Shown here: piece by piece, positions 13,614-24,829 of the stretch | Layout: each line of letters begins with the position of its first letter | Position numbering within the stretch: position 1 is the stretch's first letter | Source of the DNA: Mobula hypostoma | Taxonomy: Eukaryota | Assembly: GCF_963921235.1 (NCBI RefSeq) | Contig: NC_086108.1 | Coordinates: forward strand, 14,074,001-14,138,000 | Direction of reading: 5' to 3' | Length of the DNA stretch: 64,000 nucleotides | Translations under genes and position numbers: made by a program | Notes under the pieces: generated by a model | Seen by the model: the letters and a program-made list of their open reading frames with translations, nothing else | Database searches by the model: none | Told to the model about the DNA's origin: nothing

Positions 13614-14362
13614 ATTAAGACTCAGAATCAAAACTTCAAGAACTACTCACTATAGTGACAGCAGAAAGTAATCACAGAGCCCTCTCAATCAACACCATGA
13701 AGACAGAAAGCATAGTCATCTCCAGACAGACAAACATTCCACAATGTGCAATCAAGATCGGAAATACAAACATCAAACAAGTCCACAAATTTGGATATCT
13801 TGGCAGCCTAATAACAAGTGATGACAGGTGCAACACAGGTATCAAATACAGAATAGCAATGGCGAAAGAAGTTTTCCAAAAATGAAGACCATATTAACAG
13901 ACAGAAAGATGAGCACGCACACTAAAAACAGTGCTACATTTATTCTATCCTGTCTTATGGAAGTGAATGCTGGACCATTTCCCCAGCAATGGAAAAGAGA
14001 CTAGAAGCAGCTGAATTATGGTTCTACAGGAGAATGTTAAAAATATCATGGACCACACACACATCAAATGAAGAAGTTCTCAGAAGAGCCCAAGCAGTTA
14101 GATCACTCATACCAACAATAAGAGAAAGACAACTCAGATTCCTAGGACACATCATGCAGAAAGATGAACTAGAAAAACTCATACTCTGTGGAAAGATCGA
14201 GGGGAGCAAACTGAGAGGAAGATCTCAGCTTATGTACATCAAAAGCCTAGCCAGGTAGCTACACATCGAGGAAATGGAAGTCATCCAAAGAATGAGGGAT
14301 AGATCTATATGGAAAACCATGGTCACCAACGTGCACATCAGATATGGTACCTAGACAGACAG
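13614..14362 (+). mobile_element. 5'-truncated RTE-clade LINE
   Basis: FGYLGSLIT, RIAMAKEVF, RLEAAELWFYRRMLKISW motifs; (AGAC)n tail. 11-bp TSD ACAGTAAGATA at 13603-13613 and 14363-14373. Confidence 0.9.
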
Positions 14363-14570
14363 ACAGTAAGATATATCACAGAACAGTCAATATAGAATGG
14401 AAATACAATTGAGTCAGCGTGATGGCCTGGTGGAAGAAGCTGTCCCAGAGCCTGCTGGTCCTGGCTTTAATGCTATGATACCATTTCCCAGATGGTAGCA
14501 GCTGGAACACATTGTGGTTGGGGTGATTTGGGTCCCCAATGATCCTTCAGGCCCTTTTTACGCACCTGTC

Positions 14571-17362
14571 AATGTAAAGTGTCTGGTGAATAAAATTGAC
14601 GATCTCAGAGCCAGGGTGCTGAATCAGAGGGGCATTAGGACCATGTGTGTCCTTTGTTTCACAGAATTCTGGTTACCCTCTTCCGTACCGGATGCAGCAA
14701 TTCAGATCAACAGGTTTACTATACACCGTCGGGACAGATCTATAGAGTCTCTCAAAAGCAGAGGTGGAGGAGTATGCCTCATGATCAACTCTTCTTGGTG
14801 CACAAACATATCAGTCCTGTCCCAATTCTGCTCAGCAGACCTGGAATATCTAGCAGTAAAGTGCCATCCTTTTTACCTACCACGGGAGTTCTCTGGGGTC
14901 ATTTTGGTAGCAATTTACATTCCACCTCAGGCCAATGTCAAGCAGGCTTGAGATGATCTGAGCAATGGGATCAACATGCATGAAACAGCGCACCCTAATG
15001 CCTTCATTTTGGGAGATTTTAACCAGGCCAGTCTGAAAAAATCACTAAGCAACTACCATCAACAGATCACTTGCAATACCAGAGGGAACATCACACTGGA
15101 CCTTTGCTACACCACCATCAAGAATGCCAACTGTGCTATTCCACGCCCTCACTTTGGGAAGTCTGATCACCTAGCTGTACTTCTACTCCCTGAGTATAGG
15201 CAGAGACTGAAGACTGCAGAACCAGTAGTGAGGACCAAGAAGGTATGGACAAGGGAAGCACAGGAGCAATTACAGGACTGCTTTGAATCGGTGGACTGGA
15301 CTGTATTCAGGGATTCATCTTTGAACCTGAATGAGTATGCTGTAGTTATTACCAACTTCATTAAAACTAGTGTGGATGAGTGTGTGCCCACAAAGACTTA
15401 CTGTACATTCCTAAACCAAAAGCCATGGATGAACCAGGAGGTACGTCGCCTGCTGAAGGCTAGATCTGTGGCATTCCAGTCTGGCAACCCAGACCTGTAC
15501 CAGAAAACCAGATATGATTTGTGGAGGGCTATTTCAAGGGTGAAGAGACAATTTCAAACAAGTTTGGAGGCGACATCGGATGCACGGCAACTCTGGCAGG
15601 GTCTGGAATACATTACTTCCTACAAAACGAAACCCAATAGCATGAATGGCAGCGATGCTTCACTACCTGATGAACTCAATGTCTTATATACACGCTTTAA
15701 AAGGAAGAATACAACTACAGTTGTGAAGATCCCTGATGCACCTGATGACCCTGTGATATCCATCTCAGAGGCTGATGTTAGGCTATCTTTAAAGAGAGTG
15801 AACCCTCACAGGGTGGAAGGTCCCGATGGAGTACCTGGTAAGGATCTGAAAACCTGTGCCAACTAACTAGTGGGAGTATTCAAGGACATTTTCAACCTCT
15901 CACTGCTACAGGCAAAGGTTTCCACTTGCTTCAAAAAGGCAACAATTATACCAGTGCCTAAGAAGAATAATGTGGGCTGCCTTAATGACTATCACCTGGT
16001 AGCGCTCACATTGACAGTGATGAAATGCTTTGAGGTTGGTTATGACTAGTCTAAACTCCTGCCTCAGCAAGGACCTGGACCCATTGCAATTTGCCTATCG
16101 CCACAATAGGTCAATGGCAGATGCAATCTCAATAGCTCTCCGCACAGCTTTAGACCACATGGACAACACAAACACCTACATCAGGTTGCTGTTCATCGAC
16201 TATAGCTCAGCATTTAATACCATCATTCCCACAATGCTGATTGAGAAGTTGCAAAACCTGGGCCTCTAACTCCCTCTGCAATTGGATCCTCGACTTCCTA
16301 ACCAGAAGACCACAGTCTGTGCGGATTGGTGATAATGTATCCTCCTCCCTGACGAACAACACCGGCGCACCTCAGGGGTGTGGGCTTAGCCCACTACTCT
16401 ACTCTCTGTATACACATGACTGTGTGGCTAGGCATAGCTCAAATACCATCTATAAAGTTGCTGATGACACAACCCTTGTTGGTAGAATCTCAGGTGGTGA
16501 GAAGACGGCATACAGGGGTGAGATATGCCAACTAGTGGAGTGGTGCTGCAGCAACAACCTGGCACTCAACGTCAGTAAGACGAAAGAGCTGATTGTGGAC
16601 TTCAGGAAGGGTAAGACAAAGGAACACATACAAATCCTCAGAGGGATCAGAAGTGGAGAGAGTGAGCAGCTTCAAGTTCCTCGGTGTCAAGATCTCTGAG
16701 GATCTAACCTGGTCCCAACATATCGATGTCGTTATAAAGAAGGCAAGACAGTGGCTGTACTTCATTAGGAGTTTGAAGAGATTTGGCATGTCAACAAATA
16801 CACTCAAAAACACCTATAGTTATACCGTTGAGAGCATTCTGACAGGCTGCATCACTGTCTGGTGTGGAGGGGCTACTGTACAGGACTGAAAGAAGCTGCA
16901 GAAGGTTGCAGAAGGTTGTAAATCTAGTCAGCTCCATCTTGGGTACCAGCACAAAGTACCCAGGACATCTTCAGGGAACAGTGTCTCAGAAAGGCAACAT
17001 CCATTATTAAGGATCTCCAGCACCCAGGGCATGCCCTTTTCTCACTGTCACCGTCAGGTAGGAGGTACAGAAGCCTGAAGGCACTCTCTCAGTGATTCAG
17101 GAACAGCTTCTTCCCCTCTGCCATCTGATTCCTAAATGGACATTGATTCTTTGGACACTACCTCAGTTTTTTTAATATACAGTATTTCTGTTTGGGCACG
17201 TTTTAAAAAATCTATTCAATACACATATACCGTAATTGATTTACTTATTTATTTATTTTTTTTTTTCTCTCTGCTAGATTTATGTATTGCATTGAACTGC
17301 TGCTGGTGAGTTAACAAATTTCATGTCACATGCTGGTGATAATGTACCTGACTGTGATTCTG
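14571..17362 (+). mobile_element. Rex1/Babar-like LINE, APE-RT nearly complete but disrupted
   Basis: [49 protein letters not shown] motifs; CTGATT-type tail. Confidence 0.9.
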
Positions 17363-18024
17363 AAATGTCCTGAATAGTGGGAAGTTCACATCCGCAGATG
17401 CACTGGGCTGTCTGCACCACTCTTTACAGAGCCCTGTGATTGAGGGAAGTACAGTTCCCACATCATCTAGTCAGGATGCTCTCAATGGTGCCCCTAATGG
17501 AAGTTCTTAGGATATGGGCACTCATGCCAAACTTCTTCAACCATCTGGGGTGAAAGAGGTGCTGTTGTGCTTTTTTCCCACCACACAACCGGAATGTACC
17601 AAGTGAGATCCTTGGTGATGTGTATACCAAGGAACTTAAAGCTGTTCACCGTCTCAACCCTAGATCCATTGATGTCAATAGGGGTGAGTCTGTCTCCATT
17701 CCTCCTGTAGTCCACAACCTGTTCCTTTGTTTTTGTGACGTTGAGGGAGAGGTTGTTTTCTTGACACCACTGTGTCAGGGTGATGACTTCCTCTCTGTAG
17801 GCTGCCTCGTTATTATTTGAGATAAGGCCAATCAATGTAGTATCATCTGCAAATTTAATTAGCAGATTGGAGCTGTGGGTGGCGACACAGTCATGGGTAT
17901 ACAGAGAGTAAAGGAGGGGGCTCACGTGTTGAGGACACTGCAGAAAGTTGTGAACACAGCTGAGTACATCACAGGAACCAGCCTCCCCTCTATCGACCTC
18001 TGTCTATATTTCTTAGAGTAACAG

Positions 18025-18255
18025 TGCTAGCAAGCACTGCAGTACGGAAACAGGCTCTTCAGCCCATCTAGTCTGTGCTGAACTTTTACTCTGCTTCGTC
18101 CCATTGAGCGGCATCTGGACCGTGCCCTCCATTCCCTACCTATATTCTCTTAAATGTTGAAATCAAACCTGCATTCACCACTTCCAGTGGCAGTTCATTC
18201 CACACTCCCACCACCATTTGAACAAAGAAGTTCCTCCTCCTACTCTCTTCAAACA
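18025..18255 (-). mobile_element. CR1 3' end fragment
   Basis: RRNFFVQMVVGVWNELP and a CR1-type 3' UTR. Confidence 0.7.
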
Positions 18256-18383
18256 TTTTATGGATTTTGAGTGCAGGAAAGTCAGCGGGGTCATGTTGCA
18301 CTCTTGTGATCAGCAGAGACATTAGCCTGTGGATTCTGAGCAGGAGTTTTGTAAAAGCTCTTTTCAGCTGTTCAGCACTCTTA

Positions 18384-18930
18384 AGACTGATTTTATACTT
18401 GTGCATCAAATCGACGCCGTAGGTACTGCGTAGCCGCGAACCCTACGCAGTGCCTACACGGATCCCTACGCCGTTGCCTGACACACATCTCTCCAAAAAT
18501 GTAACTAGGCGTCACGGCAACGCAGACCGCAACAACTGTGATTGGTCCGCTTGGTAGCATCGTATTTCCACCTACGCTGCAAAAGCTTCCCATTGGGCAA
18601 CTGAAGGGCAGGGAAGGAACTCTGGCTGCAATGCTTTCCATAAAGCTTTACAGACCTCCGAAATTATGGAGGACACATTTCACTTTTACAAAAAAAAATG
18701 CTCATTTTAAACTTGTTTACCCCGAGAAAGACTACCATGACCATGAAGCCTTGCACAGGCAGGTGTGCTTGCATGCGCGACGTGTGAATACGTGACGTGC
18801 ACATGCATGTATGTGCCTGAATTGCAGAGTGACGCAGACACACCAGCGCACAAGTATAAATGCTCACAATGGTGTAGCCCACTTGCGTAGGCTACAGTGC
18901 AAGCTAGTACGCATAAGTATAAATCGGCCT
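18384..18930. mobile_element. PIF/Harbinger-type MITE
   Basis: Imperfect terminal inverted repeats AGACTGATTTTATACTT / AAGTATAAATCGGCCT, flanked by TTA on both sides. CpG-rich and non-coding. Confidence 0.7.
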
Positions 18931-19389
18931 TTAAAATCAGTAATCAGGCATTTTGCAAGGGCCAATTAATGTTAGGTTATAGCACTTGAGGCTTTGGCTT
19001 GAGAGGCAGAGGCTAAGGTAGATTTTGGGTAAGTTTCCTTCTTTCTTTATCCATGACTGCCTTGTAGTGTAGTAGGAGTAGGTCCAGGGCCAGTGGTGTA
19101 TTTTTCATGTCATATGTGGGAGACCAGATTTCTGATTGTTCATAAATCCATGATAACTATTTCTCCCTGATAACTACATCGGCATGAACTGCATCCAGCT
19201 AAATCTCCTCACAGGCCATTTCGCAGCAACCTTGCTCTCATCATCTGTAAGACCAATGAATTGATTGTAGACTTTAGGAAGAGGAAGATCAGCAGTGGAA
19301 AGAGTGAGTAAAGTTCCTGGGTGTGAACCTCTCTATTGTGGCCCAACATATCAATGCAATTAATAGGGCCAAATTGCAGTCATTGGGAT

Positions 19390-20520
19390 GGGATGAAGTG
19401 TGTCATTGTAATAAAAGTATCAGGGTCAAGGGTAATAAACTTAAAGCATGGTTTAGTACATGGGACTATGACACTGTGGCCACTACAGAGACTTTCACAA
19501 AGGCGTGAATGGCTGCCGGATGTTCCGGGCTTGGATGTTTCAGAAGGAGCAGGAAGGGAAGTTGAGAAGTGGGGAGGTGGTATTGATAATTGGGGATAGT
19601 ATCACAGCTGCAGAAAGGGAGGATGTCAAGGAAGGATTGTCTACTAAGTCAATGTGAATGGAAGTCAGAAATGGGAAGGGAGCAATCACTATTTGGTCTG
19701 TTCTATAGACCATCAATAGCAAAAAAGCCAGGAACAGATTGGGAGGCAAATTTTTGGAAAGATGTAAAAATAACAGGGTTATTATCATGGATGACTTCAA
19801 CTTCCCTGATATTGATTGGCACTCTCTGAGTGAAAAGGATTTGGATGAGGCAGAATTTGTTGGGTGCGTCCAGGAAGAATTCTTGAGGCAATATGTAGAC
19901 AGGCTGATGAGAGGAGAGGCCATACTGGATCTGATGCTCGGCAAGGTGTCAAATTTCTCAGTGAGACATAGACTGCAACTCCCTAACCTTTACCATATCC
20001 TTGCAGAGGGACAGGCACAGGTGGCATGGAAAGGTATTTAATGGTGGGAAGGGCAACTGTGATAATATTAGTCAGATGTGGAACATCTCACCAAGAGGAC
20101 AACAGAAGCTTACTTAGGGTTTAGGAAGCAAGGATCAGCCAGGGTTCTAGAGAGTTACAAGGTAGCCAGGAAGGAACTGAAGAACAGACTTGGGAAAGGT
20201 AGAATTGGGCATGAGAAAACTTTGGCAGATAAGATTAAGGTTTTCTACGCATGCAAAGAACAGGAAAATAACTGAAATGATCAGTCAATGATAGAAGAAG
20301 AATCATATGCCTGGAGTTGGGGGAAGTCCTGAAAGAATACTTTGCTTCAGTGAGAAGGACCTTGATGTTTGTGAGAACAGCATAAAACGGCCTGATATGC
20401 TAGAATATGTCGACATTAAGAAAAAGGCTGTGCTGGAACTTTTGGGAAAAACATGAGGACAGATCGATCCCGGGGCTGGATGGGATATACCCCAGGCTGC
20501 CATGGGAAGTGAGGGAAGAG
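19390..20520 (+). mobile_element. CR1 LINE fragment (APE region)
   Basis: RVIIMDDFNFPDIDW, EFVGCVQEEFLRQYV, EAILDL motifs. Confidence 0.85.
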
Positions 20521-20524
20521 ATTG

Positions 20525-20685
20525 GTCCACTTTCCTCCCACAGTCCAAAGACATACTGGTTAGTAGGTTAATTGGTTATTTTAAATTGACTTGTGATTAG
20601 GCTAGGATTAAACAGGTAGGTTGCAGACAGGTGTGGCTCATTGGCCTGGAAGGGTCTGTTCCATGCTCTAAATAAATAAATAAAA
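20525..20685 (+). mobile_element. V-SINE (HE1-like) fragment
   Basis: TTCCTCCCACAGTCCAAAGAC core with a CR1-like tail and (TAAA)n. Confidence 0.6.
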
Positions 20686-21074
20686 TGTCGACGCAATATT
20701 GTGGGCCAAAGGGCCTGTGCTATACTCTGTGTTCTATGTTCCTTCACCCTTAACCCATGACCTCTAGTTCTAGTGTCATCCAACCTCAGTGGAAAAAGCC
20801 TGCTTACACTTACCCTATCTATACCCTTCATAATTTTGTAAACATTGTTGCCTCTGTAAAGCAGCTACCATAATCAAAGATCCCTCCCACCCCAGACATT
20901 CTCTCTTCTCCCCTCGCCAAGCAGGCAGAAAGCATGTACCACCAGGTTCAAGGAAACCTTCTATCCCATGTTATCAGACACTTGAACAGACCTCTTGTAG
21001 AAAAAGATGGAGTCTTCAGCTCTCAATCTACCTCATTACAACCTTGGATTTTATTGTTTAGCTGCACTACCTTT

Positions 21075-22020
21075 AGACCATAAGACATAGGAGCAGAATC
21101 AGGTTATTCAGCCCATCGAGTCTGCACTGCCATTTTTATCATGGCTGATCGATCATCCATCTCAACCCCATTCTATTGCCTTCTCCCTGTAACTTTCGAT
21201 GGCCTGACTAACCTATCAACCTCTGCTTTAAATGGACTCAATGACTTGACCTCCACAGCTGTCCATGGCAATGAATTCCACAGATTCACCACCATCTGGC
21301 TGAGAAATTCCTTCTTATCTGTTCTAAATGGATGTCCCTCTATTCTGAGGCTGTGCCCTCTGGTCCGAGACTCACCCACTTACAGAAAACATCCTCTCCA
21401 CGTTCACTCTGTCACAGTCATAGTCATAGTCATACTTCATTGATCCTGGGGGAAATTGGTTTTTGTTACAGTTGCACCATAAATTATAAATAGTAATAGA
21501 ACCATAAATAGTTAAATAGTAATATGTAAATTATGCCAGTAAATTATGAAATAAGTCCAGGACCAGCCTATTGGCTCAGGGTGTCTGACCCTCCAAGGGA
21601 GGAGTTGTAAAGTTTGATGGCCACAGGCAGGAATGACTTCCTATGACACTCTGTGTTGCATCTCGGTGGAATGAGTCTCTGGCTGAATGTACTCCTGTGC
21701 CCAACTAGTACATTATGTATTGGATGGGAGACATTGTCCAAGATGGCATGCAACTTGGACAGCATCCTCTTTCAGGCACCACCGTCAGAGAGTCCAGTTC
21801 CATCCGCACAACATCACTGGCCTTACGAATGAGTTTGTTGATTCTGTTGGAGTCTGCTACTCTCAGCCTGCTGCCCCAGCACACAACAGCAAACATGATA
21901 GCACTGGCCACCACGGACTCATAGAACGTCCTCAGCATCGTCTGGCAGATGTTAAAGGACCTCAGTCTCCTCAGGAAATAGAGGCCTTTCAATATTTGAA
22001 TAGTTTTAATGAGACTCCCC
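21075..22020 (-). mobile_element. CR1 3' end with a nested Rex1/Babar-like 3' fragment (about 21411-21983)
   Basis: GESRTRGHSLRI...NLWNSLP (CR1). LYFLRRLRSFNIC...CWGS with a (TGACTA)n tail (Rex-like). Confidence 0.8.
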
Positions 22021-22574
22021 ATCTACCCAACCCCCCCCCTCCCCCAACCACATTTTCTCTGTAGCTTTTACACTTTATTCTGTATTGTTATTGTTTTATC
22101 TTCTAACTCAATGCACTGTGTCATGATCTGATCTGTATAAGCTTTCTGTTGTATCTTGGTACACGTGACAATTATAAATCAACGCCCCCTGCTCCGTAAC
22201 ATTTCTAACAACATTAAATGTGACTAATACAAGTTTGGCTGTTGGGTATTTACATCATTTAAAAATTGGAAATGAGAATCATTTGTGGTTGTTGGGAATT
22301 AAATGTTAGTTTTGAGCTATTGGTTATTGGATGTTGAGAAATTAATCTTTGGTGTAAGGTCCTGGATATTGGGAACTGGAAGTTGGGGGTTGGTAACTGA
22401 ATGCTAGGATTTGGAGTTTGGGAATTGGGTGTTGGAGATTGGATGTTGGGTGGGAGTTGAGCGCCGGGAGCTAGAATGAGTATGTAATGGGGAAAACTAG
22501 CCTTGGTGTTGAAGGTAGTAACTACATGCCCTGTTTAGAACTCTGACCTGTCTCTTACTCTGTATCTCCCAAAG

Positions 22575-22993
22575 GCACCAGAGATGTTTGCCGTTGCCTC
22601 GGAGAACTTGTCTCCCACCATGGACCAGTCGTTTGAAGCCGTGATAGAGGCCGACCCTCAGGACAATCTGCTGCCGAGTTGGAGGATGGTGTCCAGGCGA
22701 CCTTGCTCCATGATGATGGCGCACTGCAGGCTAGACAGCTCCCTGGGCAGCCCAAGCCCCAGCCCTGGCACTATGGCCCGTGACACCAGTTCCTGTTTCA
22801 GCTTTGATGGCAGCAGTTGGTCTAGTGTACCGGTGTGGGGGCTCAGCCCACTGCCTCTCGACCAGGCTGCTTTCCTCCTCAGTCCCCGCGTCATGCAGAG
22901 GAGGGGAGGCTTGGTGGAACAGCGAGACATCATCAGGGCGCACGAGGCGCACAAGCTGCAGAGCACGCCACAGGCTCGTCGCAGGGAGTGGGA
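22575..22993 (+). CDS. Putative upstream coding exon of the same calcium channel gene (N-terminal extension)
   Basis: Unique sequence open for 139 codons. CTGAC branch-like site, pyrimidine tract and AAG acceptor at 22574; GA|GTAAGT donor at 22994. The phase-2 end is completed by G61811, giving ...ARRREW-E-MARFGE in frame. Confidence 0.72.
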
Positions 22994-23114
22994 GTAAGTT
23001 TGTCTCCCAGTGGGACTGGGAGTGAGTGTTCCCAGAGGTGGGAGTGAGTGAGTCGGAGGGTGGGAGTGTGTATGTCCAGCGCTGGGTATGGGATGGAGGC
23101 AACTTGGATGGACG

Positions 23115-23342
23115 CCATGGCAGCATAGAGGTTAGTGCGAAGTTATTACAGCTTGTGGTGTCGGAGTTCGGAAGTTCAATTCCAGCATCCTCTGTGTGTG
23201 CTTGGGTTACCTCCCCCATTCCAATGAGTACCAATCACTAGGTGAATTGGTCATTATACGTTTTCCCCTGATGAGCTAAATATGTGGGCTGCTGGTCAGT
23301 ACAGATCAGTAGGCCAGAAGGGCCTGATCCACTGTAAATAAA
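23115..23342 (+). mobile_element. tRNA-derived V-SINE-like copy
   Basis: A/B-box-like head (GGTTAGTGCG...GTTCAATTCC) and a tail similar to the copy at 40470-40672. Confidence 0.55.
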
Positions 23343-23689
23343 CAGCAGCCCAAGCTCAGTGCAGGGTGCAGGAGCTGGTACTGCCACAGGGAGTGAAGGA
23401 TGAGGGCAGACAGTGAAAGGCGGTGGGGGGGGAGGGAGGTGGACAAAGAGTTGGTGGTAACTGAGATTGAGAGGGGTTGGGGAGGGTGTAGGAGAGAGAG
23501 AATAAGGCAAGGGAGAATGAATGGCCAAGTCGTCAAAATCTTTTTGCCATTCTCTGGGTATCAAATGGAAGAGGGCATAGGTTTAAGATGAGTGGAGGGA
23601 TTTTCACAAGATAAGTTCCTTTTACACAACAGGATTGATAACTAAGAAGTATTAAAAGAGGATCTAGTGCTTTCCTGGCATTTATGATG

Positions 23690-24067
23690 AATAAACTCTT
23701 CTTGGGCTTCTAACCGGGTAAAGGTATCGATTTTAACTGACATTTCGATGACAAACAAAATGATGCGTGGGGATGTCTGGTCTATGGTATTTATACTCCC
23801 ATAGTCCATCCTCCTGATTGGTTAGTCCTCATCCAATCAGGTTTCTGCTATCCCACCTTGCTTACAATTGAATTCCAGTTCCAAGGTAGGACAGTGGAAA
23901 CCTGATTGGATGAGGACTAACCAATCAGAAGAGATGGGCAAGAGGAGTATAATTACAACGGGACTACACATGCCCAAGCACCATCTCTGAAGATGCCAGA
24001 GTTTGTCATCAAAACATTAGTCAAAATCGATACCTGTACCTGGCTGAAAGCCCGAGAAAAGTTTATT
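23690..24067. repeat. Palindromic (foldback) element, probably Penelope-derived
   Basis: Arms 23690-23860 and 23882-24067 are imperfect reverse complements. Hammerhead-like CTGAAGA...AAAAC motif in the right arm. Confidence 0.75.
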
Positions 24068-24829
24068 TCCCTGGAAAGTGTTGACAGAGAAGGTGGTAGA
24101 GTCAGATACATTTGTACAGCATTTATATAGATATTTTAAGTTGCAACAGACACAGAATGTTGGGGAAAATCAGTTAGTCAGGCAGCATCAATGGAGGAGA
24201 TTTAACAGTCGACATTTCAGCCTGCAACATGGAAGAGAGGAGACTGGATAACGAGGGACCGGGGCATGGAGGTGGATGGGATGAGAGAGAGAGGAAACAC
24301 TTTAGACATGGAAGCAGAATAGCAGAATAGGCATTTGTTTAATGTGCTTTCACTACCAGTGAACAAGGACAGGACTGTACTCCTTCATTGCTACCTTATT
24401 AAATAAACTATATCCTTTCATTTCTTTAGAGCAATAGAGAGATACAGACAGACCATTCAGCCCTACTGGATCTGCACTGACCCAAACCCTATACTTAGTA
24501 CCCTGATATCCACTGATCTCTGTTCTGAATGAACTTGATGACTGAGCGTCCACAGCCCTTCAGGGTAGAGAATTCCCAAACATTATCACAGTTTCTCTTC
24601 ATCTCTCATTCATTCTGACTCTCCCTTAATCTGTGCCCGTTCATTCTCGTCAGGGGTGTCAAGAGTTTGAAGCAGTTGAGATCACCTTTCATTCTTCTGA
24701 ACTCCACACAATAAAGGTCTAACTACTCAATCTCCTTTCATGTGACATGCCTGCCACCCCAAGAACCATTTGCATCCTCCCTTTGCCAGGTACACCCTTT
24801 TTTCAGTGGGCTGCAATCACGTGGGGCCA

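Larger units (their letters stand above)
13495..17925 (-). mobile_element. Rex1/Babar-like LINE 3' part, in three pieces (13495-13613, 14363-14570, 17363-17925)
   Basis: [12 protein letters not shown]...KFADDTT in ORF 17494-17925. The pieces are collinear with the copy at 41590-42430. Confidence 0.85.

Noticed and set aside
22290..22480. Degenerate GTTGGG(A)-rich stretch before the candidate exon
   Set aside because: Low-complexity sequence without a fixed period; neither telomeric nor CRISPR-like.
22497..23234. Minus-strand and alternative-frame ORFs over the candidate exon
   Set aside because: Shadows of a GC-rich exon, with no splice or motif support.
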